Source: a virus
Lineage: Duplodnaviria > Caudoviricetes
Reading direction: 5' to 3' (one strand)
Virus record (IMG/VR): IMGVR_UViG_3300043598_000004
Coordinates: 155 to 64,154 of that record
DNA length: 64,000 nucleotides
A program made the translations under genes and the position numbers. A model generated the notes under the pieces. The model was not told the DNA's origin and did no database searches. It saw only the letters and a program-made list of their open reading frames with translations. Below, piece after piece: positions 1 through 8,650 of the stretch (positions are counted from its first letter, which is position 1; the number at the start of each line of letters is the position of its first letter).

Positions 1-104
1 TGACGGATTGCCCGAGCATCATCGGCTGTAACGTCTTTGATTGACATGAGAGCTTTGACACTGGCGCATTTGCGATCGGACAGGGAATAACCTGATTTAG
101 ACAT
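1..104 (-). CDS. Hypothetical protein, 5' part only (MSKSGYSLSDRKCASVKALMSIKDV...)
   Basis: ATG at 104 just after the stop of the 112..435 gene with GAGG upstream; frame open to window edge. Confidence 0.6.
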   Translation of the reverse strand, partial: MSKSGYSLSDRKCASVKALMSIKDVTADDARAIR

Positions 105-111
105 GTGATCC

Positions 112-435
112 TCAGCTGTAATAGGTTGCGCAAATGACATATTCAGAATCATCATCGTCGAATTTAATCAGGACACCAGAAAAGAAACTATCCGAATGGT
201 AGCCATTGAATTTTTCCCATTGTGGGCGCTGGCAGTGTGGCGCGATGCTGCGATCGATCCTTATGAATTCATGAAGATCATAGGTCCAGCCTTTGTATCG
301 AACAAAGGAAGCATCGGACTGCTTTTCTTCATCGTCGAGATAATCGAATTCCTTGCGTTCCTTATCCGTTAGGTCCCACCAATAGATAGTCTCGCGAGCT
401 TGCCAATTACATTTGATCTTCAGAGTGTCGGACAT
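112..435 (-). CDS. Hypothetical phage protein
   Basis: 107 aa ORF in tightly packed minus-strand cluster. Confidence 0.8.
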   Translation of the reverse strand: MSDTLKIKCNWQARETIYWWDLTDKERKEFDYLDDEEKQSDASFVRYKGWTYDLHEFIRIDRSIAPHCQRPQWEKFNGYHSDSFFSGVLIKFDDDDSEYVICATYYS

Positions 436-438
436 GGT

Positions 439-834
439 TTATTCCCCCACGTAGTAAAACACTTCGTCACCCGATGCATAGATGCGTGAGCTTATCTGTC
501 CACGCTCGCTAAGCTTTTCGTATGCGTTCCAATCGGGATTGGTAGTGTTTAGGTCTGCTTCCCTGATATCCCCTGCAACCATCTGAATAAACAGTGCGTT
601 TAAATCCTTGTCGGACATGTTAGCTATCTCCTCTGTGTCCCAAGCTCCAAACCCTTTGATATAGCGCCTGAACTCCTCACGTTGATCCTCCGTGGCAATC
701 ATCAGATAGTCGTCGCTATCGTCCAATGCTGCATTCCACGTATCGGCAGCTGCGTTATCTCCTATCTCGGCGCGACTGGCTGAATAATCCATAGGGGTAG
801 CATTGCGAAAGAAAAGCGTAATGTTAATTTCCAT
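439..834 (-). CDS. Hypothetical phage protein (acidic)
   Basis: 131 aa ORF, 3-5 nt gaps to neighbours. Confidence 0.8.
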   Translation of the reverse strand: MEINITLFFRNATPMDYSASRAEIGDNAAADTWNAALDDSDDYLMIATEDQREEFRRYIKGFGAWDTEEIANMSDKDLNALFIQMVAGDIREADLNTTNPDWNAYEKLSERGQISSRIYASGDEVFYYVGE

Positions 835-839
835 GATGG

Positions 840-1493
840 TTAGGTCCTTTCCTTCCTGTCCTGCAAATAGTCGTGAACCTTAAACAGGCGCCCAATATCC
901 TTTGTAGCGTTTTCAATCCATTGATCAAATAACCCGTTTCCCCTATAGCCTTCCATTAGGGACAATTCGTTATCTTCAGTAAATCGTCCGTAGCTTTCCT
1001 GTCGTGCATACGCTTCAATCAGGGTTCCATATTGGTTATGGTCCCATTCATTGAATGGACCCCAGTCGTTCACGTCAGGCGAATAGGAGGAAATAAACCC
1101 GCTACGCGAAGTAAAGCGCTCCTCTGCCAATTGAGCAAGATCGCCTTTGCTTGTCGCTTTACGAATGGCGCGAAGGTCTTTCAATGTGACGAAAGCAAAT
1201 ATGCGATCGGTCGTAAAATTGTATTCCCGTGGAAAAACGAGCGTTTCGAATTTCATGCTCGGGATTTTGAAATACTGCGCGAAGCTATCTGCATAGGCTT
1301 TAGCGTATTCGAGATGCACCTTGCCAAAATCGCAAGCATCAAACAATCGGGATTGCAACCCTTGATTAGAATCGTCGCCTGTCTGCCTGTCGGAAAACAT
1401 GCGCTCGATTGTTTGATCAATTTCATCATCATGATATGAATTATAAAAACCCGAGAATGGAATAGTCGTGCTTCGCATTTGTGGCTTTGTCAT
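840..1493 (-). CDS. Hypothetical phage protein (IPFSGFY...EYNFTTDRIF...FTSRSGFIS motifs)
   Basis: Start moved to ATG 1493, which overlaps the upstream stop (TAATG). Confidence 0.8.
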   Translation of the reverse strand: MTKPQMRSTTIPFSGFYNSYHDDEIDQTIERMFSDRQTGDDSNQGLQSRLFDACDFGKVHLEYAKAYADSFAQYFKIPSMKFETLVFPREYNFTTDRIFAFVTLKDLRAIRKATSKGDLAQLAEERFTSRSGFISSYSPDVNDWGPFNEWDHNQYGTLIEAYARQESYGRFTEDNELSLMEGYRGNGLFDQWIENATKDIGRLFKVHDYLQDRKERT

Positions 1494-2125
1494 TACATAT
1501 TCCCGTATGTCGCGAGCTTTTCGCGATTGTCCCGGATGCTTTCGACAAGCTCCGTTATTTCGTCCCTGACGTATTCCATGCAAGCCTTGTGGCGCAGTGC
1601 GATGCATTCCCGTAGGCGCGTAAGCTCCCCTTCAATGGTTGATTCAAGCTCGCACATTTCATGAAATTTGACATCGTAGGATTGTTGATCCTCTGCAAAC
1701 ACGCGTGCATGTTCATCGGCCATGTGTGCAGCATCATTTTCATCGTCGAATATCTCGGGGAAATAGACCCTTTCGTCGTTGGCTGTCCACCTATAACCCG
1801 CAATGATCCGACCATGGGTCAATCGCGCAATGATGCCTATTGCCGTTTCGTCACAGTCAACGTCTGAATACCATCCCTTATGCCTAGAGCGCTCCAGCAC
1901 ATCATGGCAATCTTTTTCCCCTCTGAATTGTTCCCCATGGTAACTGGCCCAAATGGGTTTATTCCGGTTTGATCCTTCGTCCAATCCGGTATGGCTTTTC
2001 AACGTGGCAAACCTGACATTGCGCCATGTCATAGGACGGACCCATTTAGGCAGCATAGCTTCCTGCTTAAACATGGCTAGGCGAGCTTTTGCACCGATCT
2101 TCAGCTGTGGATAGGTAGTGGGCAT
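1493..2125 (-). CDS. Hypothetical phage protein with C-terminal coiled coil
   Basis: 210 aa ORF, AGGAG upstream. Confidence 0.8.
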   Translation of the reverse strand: MPTTYPQLKIGAKARLAMFKQEAMLPKWVRPMTWRNVRFATLKSHTGLDEGSNRNKPIWASYHGEQFRGEKDCHDVLERSRHKGWYSDVDCDETAIGIIARLTHGRIIAGYRWTANDERVYFPEIFDDENDAAHMADEHARVFAEDQQSYDVKFHEMCELESTIEGELTRLRECIALRHKACMEYVRDEITELVESIRDNREKLATYGNM

Positions 2126-2128
2126 GTC

Positions 2129-2581
2129 TTAAGCTCCTACGGTCGTTTGAATGCGTGCATACGGGTCAATCTCAATCGACCCGAGATGATGAAACGTATC
2201 GCTAATGAAGTCTTTAATCTGGCGCTTGTCGCGACCCGTAACCCTGATTGAATAATCCGAGATGAGCGACGCAGTAATAATTACTTGATGCTCCGTCCAG
2301 CCACAGTAAAACCCGTTGTCATCCATATGATGAAAATCGGCATTGAATACGAGCTTATCGACAGTCGATTTATCCATGTCGAGCTTGGTGCCAGAATCAA
2401 ACCCGGACCCGCTAGGCGCATGAGCTTTCATCAGAGCTTGAATGCTGTCCCTATGATGCTCTGCCATGTCGCGCCAATGCTTAGAGCTTGCATCGGGATG
2501 CTCGCATGTATTGGCCTTGTCCTGACAATTGACCATGGCTTGCAACAATTGAGCAATGGCTGAATAGAATTTGACTTGCAT
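2129..2581 (-). CDS. Hypothetical phage protein (PSGSGFD...FHHMDDNGFYCGW motif)
   Basis: Start at ATG 2581 with GGAG upstream, 1 nt after previous stop. Confidence 0.8.
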   Translation of the reverse strand: MQVKFYSAIAQLLQAMVNCQDKANTCEHPDASSKHWRDMAEHHRDSIQALMKAHAPSGSGFDSGTKLDMDKSTVDKLVFNADFHHMDDNGFYCGWTEHQVIITASLISDYSIRVTGRDKRQIKDFISDTFHHLGSIEIDPYARIQTTVGA

Positions 2582-2582
2582 G

Positions 2583-2978
2583 TTATTTCGCTCCGATGAT
2601 GAACGTGCGATTGTCGGCAGTGAATTGCAATCCACCATAAAGACCCACATATAGAAAATCCGACAATGGCAGATCGCCTACGATTTTCGCCAATCGTTTC
2701 TTTTGAGCTTCCTTGCGTTTTTCGTACATATCTGCACCATCGTTCCAAATGCGCGATTGATAGGCGTTAGCTTGCTCCGTCGTCATTTTGCGCATTTGCG
2801 CATCCTCATATTCCCCCTTGTATCCATTGCAGTGCCACACTTCATTGGCCATGATGCTATTGGCTAGGCTATTGAGCTTGATTGCGGTATCAGCTGCCGT
2901 AAAGGCGCTAATTTTCTTTTGCCCGTAGTGCGAAGCGAGTAAGGCTGACAACATGGAAACACTTTGATTTTTGGTCAT
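2583..2978 (-). CDS. Hypothetical phage protein
   Basis: 131 aa ORF preceded by TCAATCC motif. Confidence 0.75.
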   Translation of the reverse strand: MTKNQSVSMLSALLASHYGQKKISAFTAADTAIKLNSLANSIMANEVWHCNGYKGEYEDAQMRKMTTEQANAYQSRIWNDGADMYEKRKEAQKKRLAKIVGDLPLSDFLYVGLYGGLQFTADNRTFIIGAK

Positions 2979-3030
2979 TTGGAGAAACCTATAGGGATTG
3001 AAGGATTGACTAACAGGGAAACGAATTTAT

Positions 3031-3345
3031 CTAGCTGCGATCGGAAATGACATTGCGACCCGTAACGCGGGCGATATGCTTTGTCGTCTCGTGCAGGTTA
3101 TAGGACGTGAACACAATTCCCCCGTATTTGGCGCTAACGTCGCCAGTGCGCTCTTCCTCTGTATTCAACCAAAAATAGGCGCAGACATAGCGCGGGTTTC
3201 CATTTACATCATTGTTGATATGGGTCCAGTCAATCACGTCAGGAGATTTACGAGATTTACGAGCTTTACGAGCTTCCCCCTGCGCGATAATGGCATTGGC
3301 AAAGGATGCGTTCTTTAGGATGGCCATGGCTATAGGTCCTTTCAA
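3031..3345 (-). CDS. Hypothetical phage protein (NDVNGNPRYV motif)
   Basis: 104 aa ORF; start uncertain (3345 or 3327). Confidence 0.75.
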   Translation of the reverse strand: MKGPIAMAILKNASFANAIIAQGEARKARKSRKSPDVIDWTHINNDVNGNPRYVCAYFWLNTEEERTGDVSAKYGGIVFTSYNLHETTKHIARVTGRNVISDRS

Positions 3346-3557
3346 AGCCCAAGGAAACGGGCCAGAAAGCCACGGGAATGGGTCGCAGGACCCGCGAGCA
3401 AGCTCGACAAGCTCGGGCCTTGATTGCGCTTCGCTTGCGCTAGCTGGACCCGTGCGAGCGATCGGGCTTTGTCGGCGTTGCGCTCGGATTGACGTTCAAT
3501 GTATTCCGTCCATTCGAGTGCCACATGTGCACGTTGATTCTGGCGACTAAGGATCAT
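3342..3557 (-). CDS. Hypothetical protein
   Basis: 71 aa ORF, GGAG upstream. Confidence 0.65.
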   Translation of the reverse strand: MILSRQNQRAHVALEWTEYIERQSERNADKARSLARVQLAQAKRNQGPSLSSLLAGPATHSRGFLARFLGL

Positions 3558-3643
3558 TTCAAAAGCTCCGATGGTGGATTAAAGGATTGACGATATGCAG
3601 TGCATATCCGATTGCCAACGATCTATTGGCAATCAGCTAAGCG

Positions 3644-3919
3644 CTACTTACAAATATGTTGAAACAGTCGCCCTGCGCTCATTTCGGCGCCACATGACGG
3701 ACATTCACAGCGAACCCGATGGACTGACGATTTACGACCCGATGCTTTAGGCACGAAAGGCGAAACCCAAACCTTGACCCCTTGGATATCGCGAGCGGGC
3801 ATCCCTTCCAAGGGGAGCTTCGCTTTGTCAGGAAGACCGAGATAGGCGCGCATTTGGCTACTGTGGGCATTCCACGTGGCATGCACGGGGTCAGCGAAAA
3901 AGTATTTACCTTTGATCAT
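3644..3919 (-). CDS. Small protein with C-terminal zinc-finger-like motif
   Basis: CPSC...HIC at C-terminus. Confidence 0.7.
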   Translation of the reverse strand: MIKGKYFFADPVHATWNAHSSQMRAYLGLPDKAKLPLEGMPARDIQGVKVWVSPFVPKASGRKSSVHRVRCECPSCGAEMSAGRLFQHICK

Positions 3920-3945
3920 TGGAGCTTTCTAGGTGGATTGAGGAT

Positions 3946-4074
3946 TCAGACAGGGATGAAAAGAAACTTTGCGCCATTCGCAATAGCGACGCGTGCAGCT
4001 GTGCGCCATGCAATGCCATAGGCGCGCTTTTCTAGAGCTTGCGCCAGAGTGAGGATGGGTTTAAGGGCTTGCAT
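3946..4074 (-). CDS. 42 aa hypothetical protein (MQALKPILTLAQALEKRAYG...)
   Basis: Read by hand, below ORF-track cutoff; fills the gap between neighbours. Confidence 0.5.
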   Translation of the reverse strand: MQALKPILTLAQALEKRAYGIAWRTAARVAIANGAKFLFIPV

Positions 4075-4081
4075 GGTTTAT

Positions 4082-4570
4082 TCAGCCTTGTGTATCGTAG
4101 GCGTCCTGCAATGCCACGTAATCAACGTTGCATTTGCTCGACACGGTATATAGGGCATCGGGGAATTCCTGCCCGCATTTGATACATCCATTGAGAATTT
4201 CGAGAGCTTGACTAATGCTCGCTTCCAAATAATTACAATTGGCATGTCCACTAGCTGCATTGATTGCAAAATCTGCCGTGAATTCCTCAAGGTTGCACCA
4301 TCCTTCAGTCAACCCGCATTTGCGGCAATAGGTCAAATAGTTTTGATATGCCGTCGCAACATCAGGAATAAGACTGCCGTCAGCACACAAGCCAATTTGC
4401 ACGCATGCCGTCTGCATTGCGTCAATTTTGTCGTCCGTGAAATAGTCGGCGCCGGATTGACGCACACCATCGATTAAGAATTTAGCGATGTATTCGTCCT
4501 GCGATGCATCGCGATAGACGACGGCAGTTTTATTGCCATTGACGAAGGAAGCGAGCTTGCGATTGGCCAT
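4082..4570 (-). CDS. Hypothetical protein, first gene of left cluster
   Basis: Start moved to ATG 4570 (MANRKL), downstream of the putative promoter. Confidence 0.75.
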   Translation of the reverse strand: MANRKLASFVNGNKTAVVYRDASQDEYIAKFLIDGVRQSGADYFTDDKIDAMQTACVQIGLCADGSLIPDVATAYQNYLTYCRKCGLTEGWCNLEEFTADFAINAASGHANCNYLEASISQALEILNGCIKCGQEFPDALYTVSSKCNVDYVALQDAYDTQG

Positions 4571-4647
4571 GGTGTCGAGCTTTCTAGAGTGAGTCTGAAG
4601 GGTCCTGCCGGGTTGGCTAGGTTTTCCCCTCCCCGTAGGGAAATGAC

Positions 4648-4677
4648 AGTATGACAGCTGCATAGAGTGTCGTGCAA
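4648..4677 (-). promoter_or_regulatory. Putative sigma70 promoter for left cluster
   Basis: TTGCAC-18 nt-CATACT; preceded by GAAACTAC, similar to promoters at 14288 and 16166. Confidence 0.5.
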
Positions 4678-4986
4678 GTAGTTTCGTGAGCTTTAACACA
4701 AGTCTCGGCACAAAGACGACAGATATCCGGCATTTTGTCCGGGTAAAACCTGAAAACCCCGTTTCCAGCCTGTCGAAAAGCACTCAAAACGACCCCTAAA
4801 AACGGGGTCCGTCGCGCCCCGTTTCTCCTCTGTAGCGCATCCCTAGTGAACCCGTTTTTGGACGGACCCTGACGACAGGACCTATCTGGACCCGTCAGCT
4901 AGGCGCCGGACCCTTGCCCGCTCCTCTGCGCTCATGTCCCGTCGCAGGAAACGCCGCTAACCCATTGATTTTCCTCAAAATCTGGG

Positions 4987-5002
4987 TTTTACCCGGGTAA
5001 AA
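4987..5002. repeat. Perfect 16-bp palindrome TTTTACCCGGGTAAAA
   Basis: Seen directly; half-site CCGGGTAAAA also at 4739-4748. Confidence 0.85.
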
Positions 5003-5094
5003 TGGTCCTCAAAATGATTCTGAACCTATCTCTAGAGAGCCCCTCCATCGACCCCCTGCCGTTCTGTAGAGATGAATTCCCCTCTGAACCTTTT

Positions 5095-5189
5095 CCTTAC
5101 TTGACAGACCTCGCCGGTTCTAAACGGCGGCATCGGCCAGGCTCAAGGCTCGACCTGGACCTTACTTGACGAACCTCGCCGGGTCTGAA
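5095..5189 (+). repeat. Imperfect 30-bp direct repeat (5095-5124, 5160-5189)
   Basis: ccttacttgacagacctcgccggttctaaa vs ccttacttgacgaacctcgccgggtctgaa. Confidence 0.85.
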
Positions 5190-5203
5190 TTGTGAGATTG
5201 GCC

Positions 5204-5231
5204 TTGACACTCTTAAAATGTGTGGCACAGT
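5204..5231 (+). promoter_or_regulatory. Putative sigma70 promoter for accessory arm
   Basis: TTGACA-16 nt-CACAGT, then AGGAG RBS and ATG 5261. Confidence 0.45.
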
Positions 5232-5260
5232 AGCGTCTTTATTCATTGCATAGGAGCTTT

Positions 5261-5458
5261 ATGGACCAGGAACAGATCACCATCGAAGTCAAGGTAACGC
5301 TCACCGGGTACGACACGATCGTCACCATGGGCAACCGCTGCACCATCACCCCATGGCCGCACTTCGCCGATGCCAACGAGAACGCGTTGATGGCGTGCCG
5401 CATGTTCAGCGACCCCGAGGGCGCAGCGGACATCATGCGAGTCATCCGCAATGCTTGA
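5261..5458 (+). CDS. Hypothetical protein
   Basis: TAGGAG RBS before ATG 5261. Confidence 0.75.
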   Translation: MDQEQITIEVKVTLTGYDTIVTMGNRCTITPWPHFADANENALMACRMFSDPEGAADIMRVIRNA

Positions 5459-5798
5459 CCACCAGGCCGCTGCACTCACCACCGCGCTTCAAGCTGCGCT
5501 CCTCACACCGGATACCGACGTGACCACACCCATCGACCCCGCGAGCCTCACGTCCAGGATCGGCGAATTGCATCTCTGCGGGTCGCTCGGCACGGTGGCA
5601 AGGGTGACGGTGCCCATCGGTGTACGCGAGCTTCCTGAGTTCGTCGTCGACCAGCGGGCCAGCATGCGCAGCAACGTGTACTCGGCGATCCGTCGCGCCA
5701 GTGATCGGACGGGCCACGTGTACAGCCAGGAAGTGACGCATGTGCTGATGCCGAGTGGCAAGCTCTTCATCCTGGCCGTCATCACCCGCGAAGAATAG
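5451..5798 (+). CDS. Hypothetical protein
   Basis: 115 aa ORF overlapping previous stop. Confidence 0.7.
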   Translation: MLDHQAAALTTALQAALLTPDTDVTTPIDPASLTSRIGELHLCGSLGTVARVTVPIGVRELPEFVVDQRASMRSNVYSAIRRASDRTGHVYSQEVTHVLMPSGKLFILAVITREE

Positions 5799-5912
5799 TT
5801 CAGACGGCATATTGCCAAGTTGACCATTGGCAAGTACAGTCAACAACTCGTCAATCACCCCCAAAACGAAATCGGAAATGGTTTTGCCATTTTCAGAAAG
5901 GCTTACCACCCT

Positions 5913-6809
5913 ATGACCACCGTAGAGAAGATGCATGTCGTTCTCATGGAAACCGAGCGCATAAAACTCCTTGATGAGTTTCTTGATGCCAACGAGATGA
6001 GCCCATCGAACAAGGCACGAGATCGTTTACTGCTGTTGACCATGGTTATCGAGAGCGCTGTCATCGACAAGATGCTTCACAAGTCCACGCACGAAGGCGA
6101 ACTCAAGACCCTGATGAGCTTGGCCGATGGGTATGCCCAAGCTGTGCGAAGTAACATCAACGGAGCTATGTCGGTGCATGTCGACACAAGCCGCAAGGCC
6201 CTCGAAGACACGCTGCGGATGGCCCTGGCCACGAGCAACGCCGACTTGGCCAACAAGCTCTTCGTGCAGCATCGCGACCCCGAGGATTGGATGGCGAAGA
6301 TGCTCGACGACATCATGACGACACTGATGATGGACAAGAACACGGCCTATAGAGAGATCGTGCCGAAGATTCAGCGCATGGTGCGCGATGCATCATTGAT
6401 GCAGGACGACTCCGACAACTGGAAAGCGATGGTCACGTTGCTGAACAACTTCAGCACGTCATGGTTGAAGGGATGGCCCGACGATGCAACGCAATCGCAG
6501 ATTGGCACAGCGGCCCGTCAGTTCGTGCGCAATCAAGTCACGGGCCTGACTGCCATCGTGACGTACCTGGACAGGATTGCCGGCACATCCTGGCGCGAGG
6601 ACGCACTTAATGGCGAGCACATCGGCAACAAGGTTGTCGAGTTCATTCATTCCAGGTACGAGACTGCAAATGACATGTCCACGGTGCTCGATAGCCAGGA
6701 CAACGAAGAGCGCCATGTCACCTTCATGATCGAAGCTCGACGGATTGCCAAGCAAGCCTACGAGATGGGCTTCGAGCACGCCGACGATCTGGCCAGGGTG
6801 ACGCGATAG
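5913..6809 (+). CDS. Hypothetical helical protein
   Basis: Long ORF; start moved to ATG 5913 after GAAAGG. Confidence 0.75.
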   Translation: MTTVEKMHVVLMETERIKLLDEFLDANEMSPSNKARDRLLLLTMVIESAVIDKMLHKSTHEGELKTLMSLADGYAQAVRSNINGAMSVHVDTSRKALEDTLRMALATSNADLANKLFVQHRDPEDWMAKMLDDIMTTLMMDKNTAYREIVPKIQRMVRDASLMQDDSDNWKAMVTLLNNFSTSWLKGWPDDATQSQIGTAARQFVRNQVTGLTAIVTYLDRIAGTSWREDALNGEHIGNKVVEFIHSRYETANDMSTVLDSQDNEERHVTFMIEARRIAKQAYEMGFEHADDLARVTR

Positions 6810-6812
6810 ATC

Positions 6813-7082
6813 ATGGACCCACACATCGGATGGTCGCTTGTCTTCATCCTCAGTTGCTTCCTGTGCGCGTACCTTGGTTATGCTGCCGGCGAAGCGGCGG
6901 GTCGCGCCAAGGGTTGCAAGGTCACGCCGCAAATGATCGAGAAAGCGACAATGGTGCTTCTCGGCAAGGAACATGATCCAACTCCGCACATCAACTGGAT
7001 TTGCGCCCGCAACTGGAAGGTCAACGATGTACGCGGACTCATGCGCCATGCCCTTGTGGAAGCATTCAAGACTGTGACCTGA
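6813..7082 (+). CDS. Small protein with N-terminal transmembrane segment
   Basis: WSLVFILSCFLCAYLGY hydrophobic stretch. Confidence 0.7.
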   Translation: MDPHIGWSLVFILSCFLCAYLGYAAGEAAGRAKGCKVTPQMIEKATMVLLGKEHDPTPHINWICARNWKVNDVRGLMRHALVEAFKTVT

Positions 7083-7085
7083 TCC

Positions 7086-7349
7086 ATGTTCATCAACCGC
7101 AACCCCGTGGGCTTTCCACGGTGTTTTGATTCGATCACGCAATTCAAGCAGTGGCACATCAGCGCCTTGCGATCGAAGGAAGCATGTACGCCTTGCCACG
7201 ATTGCACGCCGTATCACAAGAAAGACATGATGGTTCGCGGGCGCTGTCGCCCCGTCGAAGTACACGAGCAATACACGGTCAACCAGGGACTTGCGAAGAC
7301 GCTCGAAGAACTGGTTGCCCCATTACTTCAGGAAGAAAAATCGATATGA
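7086..7349 (+). CDS. Cys-rich hypothetical protein
   Basis: PRCF...CTPCHDCTP...GRC. Confidence 0.7.
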   Translation: MFINRNPVGFPRCFDSITQFKQWHISALRSKEACTPCHDCTPYHKKDMMVRGRCRPVEVHEQYTVNQGLAKTLEELVAPLLQEEKSI

Positions 7350-7825
7350 ACATCCAATTGGAACCGATGCCTGTCAAGAAAGACACCCGCGATGAAGCTA
7401 CGGTTATCGAGGACCATTGCATCCAGGTTGCATGTCGCAAGTACATCGACACACCCAACGCGGGCAGCGACCATGCGTTGATACCTGAATGGTCGATCAA
7501 GGCGATGCATCAGGTCTACACCGAAGCCTTCGAGCAAGGCCAGCGCAAGGGTGAAGCCGTGGCCGAAGCCGAGTACAGGCTGCTATCCGAAGCCATGGGC
7601 GAGAGCTTCACCCAACGCGAGGACAGCCTGATCAAGTCGGCCATGTTGGCAATGCTCGAAGCCATCCACAACGGCGCATGCTCGACTGACACCCTGCACT
7701 TCCCCGAAGTGAGGCCCTACGCAGAGATCAGCATCGAAGACATGCGAACGATCCATGATCGATATCGGCTCGGCTACGCCATGGTCGACACCGGCCGTGT
7801 GAAGCTCACATTGGAGAAGCTATGA
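7346..7825 (+). CDS. Hypothetical protein
   Basis: ATGA overlap with previous gene. Confidence 0.7.
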   Translation: MNIQLEPMPVKKDTRDEATVIEDHCIQVACRKYIDTPNAGSDHALIPEWSIKAMHQVYTEAFEQGQRKGEAVAEAEYRLLSEAMGESFTQREDSLIKSAMLAMLEAIHNGACSTDTLHFPEVRPYAEISIEDMRTIHDRYRLGYAMVDTGRVKLTLEKL

Positions 7826-8070
7826 GCACGACCCGACATGTGAAGTACATCGGCGAGCGTTTGCAAGGCATCGGCGAGCACATCGAAGAGATGGTGAAGT
7901 ACTACGGCACGCGAGCGCACTTTCTCGTGCTGGTCCAAGCCAACAGCACAATCCAGAGCATCAGCAACGCACCCCGAGCGCACGTCATCACCATGTTGCG
8001 CTCACACCTGGAAATGCTCGAAAAAGACATGGTGCGGCCTGGCCCTGCATCTGACGACAAGATTCACTAG
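7822..8070 (+). CDS. Hypothetical protein
   Basis: ATGA overlap, GGAG RBS. Confidence 0.7.
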   Translation: MSTTRHVKYIGERLQGIGEHIEEMVKYYGTRAHFLVLVQANSTIQSISNAPRAHVITMLRSHLEMLEKDMVRPGPASDDKIH

Positions 8071-8078
8071 GAGCAACG

Positions 8079-8363
8079 ATGACCACGCATCAACTGAAGA
8101 CCGACCCTGCACCGTTTCACGAGACGGTCAACGGTCGCAAGACATTCGAGATTCGCTACAACGATCGCGACTACAAGACAGGGGACGCACTGATCCTGCG
8201 GGAAACCAAGTACTCGGGCGCGGAGATGAAGGAAGGGGCACCGCTCGAATACACGGGCCGCGAGTGCGTGGCCTATGTGACCTACACCATGGAAGACATG
8301 TACGGGCTTTCACAGCGGTGGATGATCATGGGCCACACCATTCCAAGCGAAGTCAGGAGGTAG
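8079..8363 (+). CDS. DUF3850 / ASCH (PUA-like) domain protein
   Basis: HQLKT..PF....GRKTFEIRYNDRDYKTGD.L.LRE signature. Confidence 0.88.
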   Translation: MTTHQLKTDPAPFHETVNGRKTFEIRYNDRDYKTGDALILRETKYSGAEMKEGAPLEYTGRECVAYVTYTMEDMYGLSQRWMIMGHTIPSEVRR

Positions 8364-8365
8364 AC

Positions 8366-8650
8366 ATGAGACGCATCCTGAGAGTTAACGGCGCGATCGT
8401 TGACATCCCTGCCAAGGCGGGCCGCAAGGCACTCGCCAAGCTACTCGACGCAGAGGTACTGACGATGAAGCTGCCACTGGCCAACCCTGCAGGTCACGTC
8501 ATGATCGTTGACGATTCGGGCCAGGGCAAGCGCACCAAGCAAGTGAACCAGCAAGCCACGGACCTCTACTTGGCCGAACACCCTGGCGTCACTCATCAAA
8601 TTCGTGGCGACGTGGTGATCGCCCCTGCATCCGAAGTGGAGGAGCTATGA
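8366..8650 (+). CDS. DUF3846-like protein, ends SEVEEL
   Basis: MIVDDSG...VNQQATDLY...IRGDVVI pattern; AGGAGG RBS. Confidence 0.65.
   Translation: MRRILRVNGAIVDIPAKAGRKALAKLLDAEVLTMKLPLANPAGHVMIVDDSGQGKRTKQVNQQATDLYLAEHPGVTHQIRGDVVIAPASEVEEL

Larger units (their letters stand above)
2994..3949 (-). promoter_or_regulatory. Three copies of a TCAATCCT(T)(C/T)AATCC-type leader motif (2994-3010, 3573-3591, 3932-3949)
   Basis: Plus-strand gggattgaaggattgac, ggtggattaaaggattgac, ggtggattgaggattcag, each 12-16 nt before a minus-strand ATG. Confidence 0.55.

Noticed and set aside
5095-5189. CRISPR repeat-spacer-repeat (30 bp repeats, 35 bp gap)
   Set aside because: Only two copies with four mismatches, not palindromic, contain a -35-like TTGAC; regulatory duplication is more likely
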